The notes beneath the pieces are model-generated. The model saw only the letters and a list, made by a program, of their open reading frames with translations. It did not search any database and was not told where the DNA came from. From Desulfatiglandales bacterium (GTDB taxonomy: Bacteria > Desulfobacterota > DSM-4660 > Desulfatiglandales > HGW-15): a DNA stretch of 64,000 nucleotides. Shown in pieces: positions 49,657-60,188 of this stretch; within the stretch, counting starts at the first letter, position 1, and every line of letters starts with the position of its first letter. Where the stretch lies: contig CAXXJJ010000001.1 in NCBI GenBank assembly GCA_963667015.2, forward strand, positions 1,312,001 to 1,376,000, written 5' to 3'. A program made the translations under genes and the position numbers.

Positions 49657-51216
49657 GAGCCTGTTCAACACTTATATGATTAATAATAACAGCTTGTTAC
49701 ATGGCTAAGATAATAAAGTTAACCCAAAAATATAGCATTCTAGCGTGTTAACTTCATCAAAAGCCACTTTTTAAGAAAAGTTAACCCAAAAAAGTGGTGT
49801 TTCACGGCTTAAGTTAACCCAAAGAATAATGATCTCCAGCTCTTTGAAAACATGGATAAATTAAAGATACTCCTTTGATTACAATAGGTTCATACTCTTT
49901 TTCAATATTGAACACCAGTATTGAACAGAAGGAGTATGATTATGGTTCATTTTCAGCTATCTCTACCCGGTCTAGCCAGGGATTTTAATGAACTAACCGA
50001 GCAAGAGAAGGAGTTTGTAGAGTACTTTATCACTATCGACCTTGAATGTATCACTCCGGTTTTAAACTGTTACGAAGGCATAGGTCCCAAAGGTTATGGC
50101 ACAGCTTTAATACTGGCCCGTATTATTAAAGTCAAAGAACGTATTCTCTCAGATCGGCAGTTAGCAGCGGCATTAAAGAAGAATGACTTATACCGTTTTA
50201 TTACTGGGAATACGCAACCTTCTCATAATACATTTAATACCTTAAGGAGGAGAATCGGTCCGGCAGGTTTCATTGAAATACATAAACGTTTTGTTAAAAA
50301 GGCTAACAGTCTGACCCTGCTTGAACCTGAAATCAAGGGGCTTCCTAAAAATAGAAAGCAGGGAATCATTCTTGTAGCAGACTCGACTTTCCTGATCACT
50401 GCAGGATCAACTAGAGGAGAAAAGGATGAACAGGGGCGGTGGCTATTTAAAGATCCAACTGTTGCCTTTTCAGGAAAAGGGCATCATAAACATAAATACC
50501 CTGTGGGACATAAAGCCCATAGTCTCCGGACTGTAAGCGGTGTACCTCTTGTAACCCTTCTATCACCAGCTAACGAATCGGATCAGGATTATACTATCCC
50601 TTTGATCGAAGAATTTAAAACTCGCTATCCTTATCTTCAAGCCTCCTATATCATCTTGGATAGAGGATATGATGCTGAAGAAATCCATCATGATATTTAT
50701 GAGTTCTTTGATATTATCCCCGTCATTATAAGAAAGAAGATGGTCTATCCGAAAGGTTTTACCAGTGAGGGGTATCCTGTATGCCCCTTTGGACTGCCAA
50801 TGAAAAGACGAGGGATTGAATACAAACAAAAAAGAACGAAATATGCCTGTTTTAAATCATGTCAGAAAAATGGACAGCTTTTAATGTTTCAGTGTGAATA
50901 TATCAAAGAGCAATACAAGCACGGTTATACTTGTCGAACCTATTTTACTGATGGGTATAGAAAATATGGACCTGCATTACCTTACAGTTTGATTTATAAA
51001 AAGTTAAAACCTTTAAGAACCGGCATTGAGAGATCCTTTGCCATCATCAAGGAAAACAGATATCGCATGGAAACAAGCAATTTCTTTAAAGGTATTGATA
51101 ATGTAACTATCCATGCCATAGAACATGACATCGCTCTGACACAAGATATCATTTTTGATAACATCAAAACCGGAAAAATTAGCCCAGTTTTAAATTTGAA
51201 TTATTGAACAGGCTCT
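49657..51216 (+). mobile_element. Apparently intact IS (IS1182/IS5-like) with 12-bp terminal inverted repeats
   Basis: GAGCCTGTTCAA at 49657 and TTGAACAGGCTC at 51204-51215; ATTT duplicated at 49653-49656 and 51217-51220. Confidence 0.85.
49921..51207 (+). CDS. DDE transposase
   Basis: SDRQL...PSHNTF, ADST, LDRGYD and RTGIERSF motifs. Confidence 0.88.
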   Translation: MNRRSMIMVHFQLSLPGLARDFNELTEQEKEFVEYFITIDLECITPVLNCYEGIGPKGYGTALILARIIKVKERILSDRQLAAALKKNDLYRFITGNTQPSHNTFNTLRRRIGPAGFIEIHKRFVKKANSLTLLEPEIKGLPKNRKQGIILVADSTFLITAGSTRGEKDEQGRWLFKDPTVAFSGKGHHKHKYPVGHKAHSLRTVSGVPLVTLLSPANESDQDYTIPLIEEFKTRYPYLQASYIILDRGYDAEEIHHDIYEFFDIIPVIIRKKMVYPKGFTSEGYPVCPFGLPMKRRGIEYKQKRTKYACFKSCQKNGQLLMFQCEYIKEQYKHGYTCRTYFTDGYRKYGPALPYSLIYKKLKPLRTGIERSFAIIKENRYRMETSNFFKGIDNVTIHAIEHDIALTQDIIFDNIKTGKISPVLNLNY

Positions 51217-51727
51217 ATTTAGGAAACCTTTGAAATGGGACGGATGTGGTAAATTCTATGTGGTTGGCCCCATAATATTCAGTGTTTTATCGCTGAAAAA
51301 TGCTGAGTCCATGTGTGATTCGAACACAACGTTCTTGAGTTCTTGTTTTGCTTGTCTGAAGCAGTCTAGCATAAACTGGTCGGTGCCATTGGAGTCATGG
51401 ACATTTCCGGGACGATGATATCCATCGAAGAATTGATTTGTTTGAGCCACAGTACAAAACAAAGGATAATAGCTTCTCGCACCCTTTTTCTTCTTGTTGA
51501 AACCAACAGCGGTGCCTTCGGTATGTCTCTTGGTGGATTGAACTGAACTATCAAAGTCAAAGGTTAAACGACCTAGAGATTCTTCCTTAAGTCCTTCTAT
51601 GACCATGGCACGTGATAGCTTTCGAACCTTTTTAACACTGTCAGCTTCGACCTGGGAAAGGGGACGGGAAATGGTAGAGACATCGGGTAACGAGAGTAAG
51701 ATGAATATACCTAAGATTCGAGTATAT

Positions 51728-51922
51728 CTACAAATCATCTTGTCTGCTTTTGAACCAGTGTCGTATTGAATTAACCACATATATTATCGCAAAAAAAATC
51801 GCCCCAGTTCCTAGAAGGCGAACAGTATTCATATTCTCTGAGCCTCTCGCTATATTTATCAGCACTATAGTGCAGAAAAATATAGCGGCACTAATGATAG
51901 TTTTTTTAAAGATTGTGTTCAT
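51728..51922 (-). CDS. Small basic two-TM protein, candidate bacteriocin immunity protein
   Basis: 64 aa with two hydrophobic segments, directly downstream of the precursor gene. Confidence 0.55.
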   Translation of the reverse strand: MNTIFKKTIISAAIFFCTIVLINIARGSENMNTVRLLGTGAIFFAIIYVVNSIRHWFKSRQDDL

Positions 51923-51994
51923 TTTTTTTACTCTTTTTTTTTGATAGCGTAGAGAGATGTTTTTCTTCCCTACGCTATCACATTCAGGTTAATA

Positions 51995-52234
51995 TTAACA
52001 CATCCACCAATTATATTCCCAAGACGTTAGAAAGCCCGTAAGGGCACCTCCGATTGCTCCTAAGCCACCGGCTACAATGGCACCCATGACACAACCAATT
52101 AGAGCATCAGTCATAGCGTCATCCCAATCGCCCTTAATATCGACTCCCACCGTAAATACGCCTTCAATTCCAAAAGTAATCGTCGCATCTGCACCAGCAA
52201 CGGCTCCCATTTCTTCCATAGTTAGTTCACGCAT
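51995..52234 (-). CDS. Double-glycine-leader bacteriocin/microcin-like precursor peptide
   Basis: 15-aa leader MRELTMEEMGAVAGA, Gly/Ala-rich hydrophobic 64-aa core, AAGGAG RBS, and a C39 transporter in the same locus. Confidence 0.85.
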   Translation of the reverse strand: MRELTMEEMGAVAGADATITFGIEGVFTVGVDIKGDWDDAMTDALIGCVMGAIVAGGLGAIGGALTGFLTSWEYNWWMC

Positions 52235-52747
52235 TTAAATAGTCTCCTTATAAAAAATGAAAGGTGTTTCGCACTATCGCGAAGAAAGATCACATATCGA
52301 TTATTTAAAAATAGGATCGAATGTAATCCGCCAAAAACTCTTTTATTTTTCTACACAATCATAATATCACCCCCCTTCTGAAGCTATGAAATCAATACCC
52401 TTTAAGGCATTATTAATACACCTATCCTGCTTCATTCAGAACCTGAAAAGGGCGATACTAATCCTTTAGTTCTTTGACTTGAATTTATGGAGACATTTTA
52501 CTAACTAAAGTCCCTCCAGGTTGAATGATTAAGGTAAATAATGTTGGCATGTCAGAAAATTGAAATGAAGTATTCTGTTTTAGGTGAAAGGATATTGAAG
52601 AAAAATACATTAACCCTTTATAGGGCTAATTGTGTGTAATTGATATATGGCAAATGAATACTGTATATTAAATACTATATGACACTGTTTTAATCGGAAA
52701 AGTATTATTTAAATATATGATATTGAACTTATGGTTTTGCATTGACT

Positions 52748-53134
52748 CTAAAGAAAGTTTGTTTCCAGAGGCATTACACCCCAGATTTTCCAGATATTTT
52801 CATCTTGTTTCATAACAACAATTGTACCGGTCATATTATTTCTAAAATCCGGTCCTTCTAGTTTAGTGGTTTTTTGGTTAATTCTGATATAAATATAATC
52901 ATTATCAGTTCCGATATATTTTAAGTCCATAAACTCATAAATTAACTTGAATTTATTCATCAACGGGCCAAGCATTTGCCTGGTTGGCATTTGAGCTGGT
53001 GAACTACTGTGTATCATGCTCAATACACCTTCCAGGTCTTTATCATTCATGGCTCTATAGTATTTTTTAAAAGTGCTTAACAGCATTTCTAAAAAATCAT
53101 TTTCATTATTTTGCTTCACTGCATGATCAGCCAT
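52748..53134 (-). CDS. Hypothetical protein, possibly NTF2/SnoaL-like fold
   Basis: YYRAMNDKDLEGVLSMI...KQDENIWKI pattern. Confidence 0.6.
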   Translation of the reverse strand: MADHAVKQNNENDFLEMLLSTFKKYYRAMNDKDLEGVLSMIHSSSPAQMPTRQMLGPLMNKFKLIYEFMDLKYIGTDNDYIYIRINQKTTKLEGPDFRNNMTGTIVVMKQDENIWKIWGVMPLETNFL

Positions 53135-54539
53135 TATATCCTCCCATATGGTTCATTTAATTGTGATTGTTTCCGAAATGCCAACAGCCCCAGCATTAAT
53201 TCATCAAAACCAGATTCAGGCTCGTGAAAGAAACCAAGAGAATAATGCTGTGTATCTGATTGCACACGAAGAATGCCTTTACCATCCTTTTGCATCACGA
53301 TGTTCATATGTGGTGAGTTTTTATTTTGCAGCGCACAGATAAGATGATCCTTTTCACATGTGACTACGATTTTATAGTCGTGCCATCCAATATAGGTTCC
53401 AAGCAAATCATTTAATGAAGATTCAAAGGGCTCTTCGGGAAAAGGTAGTATTGGTTGACCTCGCAATGTCCCAAAGATATGATTTATGATCGAGTCACGT
53501 ATAAATGGCTGCCAGACATTAATGCCGATCACCAAAGCTATGTTGGTGCGGGGATCAAAACGCAAGCCGCAGGCCTGTCCGAGTGCCGAACCATTGTGCC
53601 CAAAAGCCACCCGCGATAAAACGCACAACCAACACCAAATGCTACTGGGAGTTGTTCATGCTTTAAGCTCCCATATGTTTGTGGTATTTTTATTACCTGC
53701 TTTTTGACAAACTCTATAGCTTTTCCTGATATGCCTGACGATGGTTTAGTGATCCCACAGATAGTTGAAGATAAGGTCAATAGATCATCTGTATTCATAG
53801 TAAGGCTGTTAAGTGAAGCGTTCCAAAAACTGGAAAATGGAATTGGTCTTAAAGGTTCAAACTTCATGGCTCCAGGTTCAAATTTATGATCAACTGCATA
53901 GGGCTCATTACCCCGCTGGTCTATTCTTATAGAACCAGTTGTGAGTTTTAAAGGCCTTATGATCATTTCATTATATAGATCAATGATATCACTCCCAGTA
54001 ATTCTTTTAATTATTTCCCCAAGGATGGTATATTCAGAATGTTCGTAGCTAAATACAGTTCCTAGCTTAAAGTGTTGTTGCGCTGTTTAAAAATACTCTA
54101 AAAACTTCTCCCAAGTATAAAAATATGAAACACCGGGATCCATAATGTTTAATCCCCTGTATCCGCTTGTATGTGAAAGTAGGTGCCATATTTGGATATT
54201 TTTGCCTCTTTCTGTTCCACGCAATTCGTTAAGGTATTTTTCTATTGGATCATCAGGGTCAAGTTTACCTGAGGTGATCAATTCAGCAGTAACTATTGCG
54301 GTCATCAATTTAGAGATACAACCCAATTGAAAATGTGTATTTTCACTTATGAGTTCTTGGCTTTCGATTGAAAGTGTACCAACGTTGACAGAAATATTAT
54401 GTGTTCCTATATTCAAAGCAAGAGAGATACCTGGAATACCAGTTTGTTCTTTTATTGTTACCAGAAATTTCTGTAGTTGATCCTGCAATGTATTTATAAT
54501 TGATTATGGATTTGGTGCTTGCTGAGCAGTTGATTCCAT
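53134..54539 (-). pseudogene. Pseudogenised paralog of the CxxK beta-lactamase-fold gene
   Basis: Colinear with 47812..49188. In-frame TAA at 54504-54506 and 54087-54089, and a 1-nt deletion near 53600. Confidence 0.88.
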
Positions 54540-54920
54540 ATCTATTCTCCTGGTGCCTTTGAGATTAGTAGTTTATTGATGCATTCATGAGTAGTTTGTT
54601 AAAAACTGATACTGGATTCTAGATTCTTGATGCTGGATGTGAATATAAGAAACTAATAAAGATGAACCGCGAAGACGCTAAGAGCGCAAAGGTTTTATCT
54701 TTTTACTGATCCTTTAAGAAAGATAAGGATCAGTAAAGGAATTATTCCTTTGATCATTTATATCTTATTTAACCCTGCTGCTGGTAGGATGAGCTTTCTT
54801 TGGTTTTTTACCTTTGGGAAATTATGATAAAAATAATCTCTTCGGTACCTTCTTGACGCGGCATAATCTTTAGCGAAGACGGTTGCGCCTTATCGGTTTA
54901 TTTTTTATCCTTTAAAGCAA

Positions 54921-55262
54921 TCAAATTACACCACTTTCGACTTCCTGAGTGTCAAAATCTTCGCCATCGAATGAGCTTTCTGATTCAATTGCAGCCAATT
55001 GTTCATTTACCTTCTCACAAAATTCCCGCAGAGAAGGAGATTGGCTTATGGTATATGGCGGCATATCAACATTTAGTTTATCTTTCACCTGAAACATTAC
55101 CATCATTGTCATTAAGGAATCTCCACCCAGCTCAAAAAAATTATTTTCAGGCTTAATTGTTTCCTGCTGAAGTACTTCTGACCATATCTGGCTGACAATG
55201 TTTTCGGTTTCACTTAGTTGTGGGGTTATTTTTGTGCTGACCTGCATTTCCTGGTTTTGCAT
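54921..55262 (-). CDS. Stand-alone carrier protein (PCP/ACP) with acidic C-terminal tail
   Basis: IWSEVL...NFFELGGDSL; ends in QEVESGVI; AAAGGAG RBS before ATG 55262. Confidence 0.9.
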   Translation of the reverse strand: MQNQEMQVSTKITPQLSETENIVSQIWSEVLQQETIKPENNFFELGGDSLMTMMVMFQVKDKLNVDMPPYTISQSPSLREFCEKVNEQLAAIESESSFDGEDFDTQEVESGVI

Positions 55263-55573
55263 AAAAACTCCTTTCTCTATATTATTATGAACCGCTAAGT
55301 TCGCGAAGACCGCGAAGTAAAGATATTTCATTTGTCGGGTAGTCCGCCAAAAGCGATACGGACATACGACAAATGAAATGATTCACTTTTATTAAGATAG
55401 ATTTCGATATGCTGAGGCAGTAATCATGGAATAAGGTGTAAAGCACACATCGAATAATAAAGAAAAATACAACCTTTGGCCGTATCGTAAAGCGGCGGGT
55501 TATTGCCGATTACTCGATAGGGACAAAACTTGGCGTCCTTTGCGACTTGAGCGAAGTGGGCGAATTGTATTTA

Positions 55574-55957
55574 CTATTTATTTATTGTCTTGATTGGGAA
55601 ATTGCACATAGCCGAATCGATGCTTGCCAAAGGAATTTTTTCCAGCTTGGCCTGCGCGGCAAGCATACGATCAAAGGGATCACGATGAGGTACATTCCAT
55701 CTTCCGGCAAGTTGGGCATGCTCCAGAGTTACATCCAATCCCTGAAACCCTGCCTGCAAAACCCATTTAGAGGCATCTTTTGCTACTTCTGAGGCTTCAG
55801 GAAGCTTCCCCAGACGATATTTTGTAGATATCTCCCATACAGAAGCTGCACTGACATATATTACATTATCAATATCCTGAATATGTTCTCTGATATTAAC
55901 TGGCAATCGGGAATCATCAAAAAGCCACCATAAAAAAATATGGGTATCCAGAAGCAT
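55574..55957 (-). CDS. vapC: VapC/PIN toxin
   Basis: LLDTHIFLW, SVWEI and HRDPFDRMLAAQA motifs. Confidence 0.92.
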   Translation of the reverse strand: MLLDTHIFLWWLFDDSRLPVNIREHIQDIDNVIYVSAASVWEISTKYRLGKLPEASEVAKDASKWVLQAGFQGLDVTLEHAQLAGRWNVPHRDPFDRMLAAQAKLEKIPLASIDSAMCNFPIKTINK

Positions 55958-55968
55958 TTTGTCTTATC

Positions 55969-56202
55969 CTATTCCCACCTGGCCAGTTCTTCATCAGAAA
56001 GTGGTTCAAAAAAAGCATCTGTTACTTTTCCTTTGGCAATACCGGGAATTCTTTTATTTTCTTTTCTAAATGGAACCAGGCGAGCACAGGGCTCACCTGA
56101 TCGTGCTATAATTATTTCTTCTCCGGAATTTACGCGAGCCAGTAATTTTGAAAAATTTGTCTTTGCTTCATGAATATTAACAATTTCCATTTTTGCCTCC
56201 AA
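55969..56202 (-). CDS. Phd/YefM antitoxin
   Basis: VNIHEAKTNFSKLL...GEEIIIAR. Confidence 0.92.
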   Translation of the reverse strand: MEAKMEIVNIHEAKTNFSKLLARVNSGEEIIIARSGEPCARLVPFRKENKRIPGIAKGKVTDAFFEPLSDEELARWE

Positions 56203-56296
56203 TAAAACTTAGTCTAGGCGCTTAGTCTACACAAAATAAAAGGCAAAATCAATTAGTATGTACTTTGAGTTAATGATATCGATCATTTAATCATGT

Positions 56297-58069
56297 TTAC
56301 ATCAGAGTTGATAAATTTTCCTCATCAAAAAGCTTAAAATATGCAGCGGAAGTAATTCGCTTCTTTAATTCATTCCGACTGACTTTTCCTGATGCTGTTC
56401 TGGGCAGAGAATCAACTATGATAAATTTTATTTTCTCCAAATAGTTATAAGTTATATGGTACAGCTCCTGCTTTAGACTTTGCTCATCAATATTCTCAGT
56501 CTTCTTTGGTAATACTGCTAATACGATATTTTCACATTTATCCGAACTGGGAAACGCCAATGCAACCACTTCATCTACCTGTGGATTGTTATATGCTGCC
56601 AATTCCAATTCCCTGGCTGAAACAGTGTGAATGCCACAATTGATAATATCCTTTATTCGCTCTTTTACATACAGGGTTCTTTCAGAGTTCAGATATCCCA
56701 AATCACCTGTTCTCAACCATCCACGATCGAGCGAATTGCCTGTTTCATTAGTGTCAGAACAGTACCCCATCATGACCATGGCTCCACGTATACATATTTC
56801 GCCAGTTTCTTCGGGTAAAAGGGTCTGGCCGGTATCATTAATAATTTTTATATCAACGCTTGGGAGAACAGTTCCTGCGGAATCAGGATTTTTCAGTAAT
56901 TCATACCCTGAGACATTACTAATTGACCCACAGGTTTCTGTCATGCCGTAACTTGTCCCAATACTTATTGAAGGAAAACTATTACCAATCTCTTTTAAAA
57001 AATTCTGGTTTAATGCAGTTCCATGTATGTTAAGATTTGTTAAAGTTTTTAACCTGCATATGGCATTGTCTGATCTCAATAATTCTCTTATCATATCTAC
57101 TGAAGCGCCATTTATTGACCTTACTTTCTCTTTCTCGATAAGTGTGGCTGCTTTATTTGATTCCCACTCATTCATTAAGACGATTTTACCACCAAGGTAA
57201 CACATCAGCAGTATCTGGGAGTACCCGCCAATATGGGATAAAGGGGATAACAGCAATGAACACGGCTGGTTATTTGATCCATTAGAATGCCGGTCTGTTT
57301 TTGGTGTGCGATAGTTCATCATAAAACCGCCAAGCATCATGTTCATTATTCCTGTTGTCATATTACGATGACTGAGTACGACCCTTTTGGGAGTGCCTGT
57401 AGTCCCTGAAGTAAAAGAAATGAGGGCTTCATCGTCCGGATCTGATTTTGAGAATTTGAAGATTTGTGAAGCATCTTCATTGGATGCAACATCTGGCAAA
57501 ACAAAGCAGGATATGTTTTTATCTCCACTTGCCACATTCTGAGGATATTCACTTTTATTTGAAATCAGGATAATAGAATAATCTGAGTCAACAGTATTCA
57601 ATTTTTTAATATTATCTTGATCAGTTATTATAAGTCTACAGCTTGTTAATTCGATCGCATTAGTGACAGTAGCTTTTTCTGTATCTGCATGCATGATAAC
57701 TGATACAGCCCCTGCCATTTGAATTGCTATAAAAGCAATGACCCATTCATAGCTATTTTGCATTAAAAGAGTAATTCGATCGCCTTTTTGGATTCTGTAT
57801 TGCTGCTGTATACTGCTAGCGAAATATTTTGCATGTTCAATGACCTGAGAAAATGTAAACCGTGAATCACCATGTACAATAAATTCGTTTTGCCTAAAGG
57901 ATGCAGCTTTTATGAAAACCTCCTGCAAGGTTTTAGGGCCATGCGGAAATATTTTGCATGGTATACCCTTGATAACCGTATCTTGAAGTTCGAAAGGGGA
58001 GCCCTTTTGTGTAAGACGATTAATAATATTATTCATTTTATTCTCACTAATCAAACAACTTACCTTCAT
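56297..58069 (-). CDS. Adenylate-forming enzyme (acyl-CoA/acyl-AMP ligase-like)
   Basis: FTSGTTGTPK, YGMTE, GEICIRG, WLRTGDLG and PRTASGKV motifs. Confidence 0.9.
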   Translation of the reverse strand: MKVSCLISENKMNNIINRLTQKGSPFELQDTVIKGIPCKIFPHGPKTLQEVFIKAASFRQNEFIVHGDSRFTFSQVIEHAKYFASSIQQQYRIQKGDRITLLMQNSYEWVIAFIAIQMAGAVSVIMHADTEKATVTNAIELTSCRLIITDQDNIKKLNTVDSDYSIILISNKSEYPQNVASGDKNISCFVLPDVASNEDASQIFKFSKSDPDDEALISFTSGTTGTPKRVVLSHRNMTTGIMNMMLGGFMMNYRTPKTDRHSNGSNNQPCSLLLSPLSHIGGYSQILLMCYLGGKIVLMNEWESNKAATLIEKEKVRSINGASVDMIRELLRSDNAICRLKTLTNLNIHGTALNQNFLKEIGNSFPSISIGTSYGMTETCGSISNVSGYELLKNPDSAGTVLPSVDIKIINDTGQTLLPEETGEICIRGAMVMMGYCSDTNETGNSLDRGWLRTGDLGYLNSERTLYVKERIKDIINCGIHTVSARELELAAYNNPQVDEVVALAFPSSDKCENIVLAVLPKKTENIDEQSLKQELYHITYNYLEKIKFIIVDSLPRTASGKVSRNELKKRITSAAYFKLFDEENLSTLM

Positions 58070-60188
58070 AAAAATCCAGTTGCTCTGCGATAACCGGTAT
58101 CAAACCATGTGGTGTCATCTGGAATATTCGATCTGCAAGTTTAATAGTTTCCGGTCGATGAGCTACTATTATGCGGCTCATCTTCAATTCTTTAATGGCA
58201 GTATTAACGAGTTTTTCGTTATCAACATCAAGGTGGCTGGTGGCTTCATCAAGAAACATCAGTAAAGGATTCTTATATATTGCCCTGGCAAGTAATATCC
58301 TCTGAATCTGCCCACCCGACAGGGCCACCCCCAGATTTCCTACCAGGGTGTTATACTGCATAGGCATGGCCATGATATTTTTATGGATCGCGGCAAGATC
58401 AGCGGCATGCTCTATAGCCTCCTTGTCAGGGGTTAAATCAAAAAAACAGATATTATCAGAAATAGAGCCTGTTAACAGGCGGTCATCCTGCATTACTACG
58501 CTGACTTTGTTCCTGTAGTTCTGAAATCCTATCTTTTTAATATCCATATCATACATCGTTATTTCGCCATGAGAGGGCTGATAAAGACTTGACAGGAGTT
58601 TTATCAACGTGGATTTTCCACATCCTGACGGGCCGATAATCGCAACTGTCTCTTCGTTTTCAAGCGAAAAATTTATATTGCTGAATATGAACGGGTGATC
58701 TTCCGAATACCTGAATGCCAGATCCCTGACTTCGAGAATCGGTTTGGATGATATATTGATGGATGGTATCCCCGATCCTTCCATTTTCTGTTCCGGCTCT
58801 GTATAAACAATATCAGCGAGCCTTGTTAAGTGGACATCCAGTAACCGGTATTGAATAGCCATATCTAAAAGGCTGAGCGCTCTTCCCATAAATGATCCGC
58901 CCCAGGAGGTAAAGGCCATCAGCATACCGATTGACATTTCATTGCCAAGAACCGCCTTTGCACCGATATAGAGTATAAGTACTGATCTCAGACTGGATGC
59001 AAATCCGTTCACAACCCCTATCCATATGCCGAATTTCTGGACCCTGAGGCCTGTATTTATGACATCCACAAAATAATTCTGCCACAGGGAGAGCCTGTCT
59101 GTCTCCTTGCCAAAGAGTTTGATGCCCTGCATGGCTGTGATATTTTCCATGAAATTTGTGTTTTCTTTTGCTGCAGCCACAATCTGTTCTTCGGTCCTGT
59201 TTCTGATCCATCTGTATGTTGAAAGGCGGATTATCGCATAAAAAACAACCGCTCCAAAAACAATAAAAGAAAGTATTCTGCTGTAAATAAGCATCATTAT
59301 AAGGGTTATTATGACCATAAGTCCGTCGAGGATGACCGAAATGATACTGGATGTTAAAAAATTCTGGATATTTTTCTGTGAACCGAATCTTGAAACAATA
59401 TCGCCTATGTGACGTTTTGCAAAATACTCAAGCGGCAGTTTTAATAGATGCCTGGAAATATTGATGGCAAACTGGAAACCAAGTTTGGTTGTAAAATGCA
59501 TGACAACATAAGAACGAAGAATGCTTGTGGCGGTCTGGATAATTACAAGTAAAAAATAACCGATTATCAGTATCTTTAATAATTCAATGTCCCGCGCCAC
59601 AAGAACATCATCAATGACAAGCTGGGTAAAAAAAGGGGACACAACTGCAAACAATTCCAACAGCAGAGACAGTATAAGTACCTGAATTATACCCCTTTTG
59701 AGCCCTGACGCCCTTGTCCACAACTGTGAGATCTTAAGTTTTTTTACCTCGTTCTCTTCCTTGAAATCCTTTGTGGGAGTCAGCTCAAGTGCAACACCCG
59801 TAAAATGTTTGCCTAATTCCTTAAATGTAATCTCTTTAATTCCAACAGCAGGGTCATGAATAACTATTTTATTTTTTGAAACCTTTTTAAGTACTACAAA
59901 ATGATTCATGTCCCAGTGCAGGATTGCAGGCATTTTGAGTTTGCTTATTTCATCAATCTCAACCCTTACAGCCCTGGATGACATATTCATCTTTTCTGCA
60001 ATTTTGATGACATCTTTGAGCGTCACACCATGCTGTGAAACAGAATACTTATTCCTCAGAGTGATAATATCGATCTTATGCCCAAAATACCCTGACATCA
60101 TGGCAAGACACGCCAGGGCGCACTCGGAATGTTCCGTTTGAAGTATGGTCGGTAAATGGCGTCCGGATTTAAAGATAATTCCATCCAT
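58047..60188 (-). CDS. C39 peptidase-containing ABC exporter (PCAT; CvaB/MchF/RaxB-like)
   Basis: QTEHSECALACL, HWDMNHFVVL, GPSGCGKST and LSGGQ motifs. Confidence 0.95.
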   Translation of the reverse strand: MDGIIFKSGRHLPTILQTEHSECALACLAMMSGYFGHKIDIITLRNKYSVSQHGVTLKDVIKIAEKMNMSSRAVRVEIDEISKLKMPAILHWDMNHFVVLKKVSKNKIVIHDPAVGIKEITFKELGKHFTGVALELTPTKDFKEENEVKKLKISQLWTRASGLKRGIIQVLILSLLLELFAVVSPFFTQLVIDDVLVARDIELLKILIIGYFLLVIIQTATSILRSYVVMHFTTKLGFQFAINISRHLLKLPLEYFAKRHIGDIVSRFGSQKNIQNFLTSSIISVILDGLMVIITLIMMLIYSRILSFIVFGAVVFYAIIRLSTYRWIRNRTEEQIVAAAKENTNFMENITAMQGIKLFGKETDRLSLWQNYFVDVINTGLRVQKFGIWIGVVNGFASSLRSVLILYIGAKAVLGNEMSIGMLMAFTSWGGSFMGRALSLLDMAIQYRLLDVHLTRLADIVYTEPEQKMEGSGIPSINISSKPILEVRDLAFRYSEDHPFIFSNINFSLENEETVAIIGPSGCGKSTLIKLLSSLYQPSHGEITMYDMDIKKIGFQNYRNKVSVVMQDDRLLTGSISDNICFFDLTPDKEAIEHAADLAAIHKNIMAMPMQYNTLVGNLGVALSGGQIQRILLARAIYKNPLLMFLDEATSHLDVDNEKLVNTAIKELKMSRIIVAHRPETIKLADRIFQMTPHGLIPVIAEQLDFYEGKLFD

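Larger units (their letters stand above)
49285..51725 (-). mobile_element. Degraded IS1380-family transposase, interrupted by a second IS
   Basis: The right part reads TFDFDSS...SYYPL...RPGN...DSAFF...VPFQRFPK and continues left of the inserted IS as LKSMVE...FHNGRGSQE. It has internal stops and a frameshift. Confidence 0.75.

Noticed and set aside
55263..55331. N-terminal extension of the carrier protein ORF
   Set aside because: It is translated from a repeat, and a strong RBS precedes ATG 55262.
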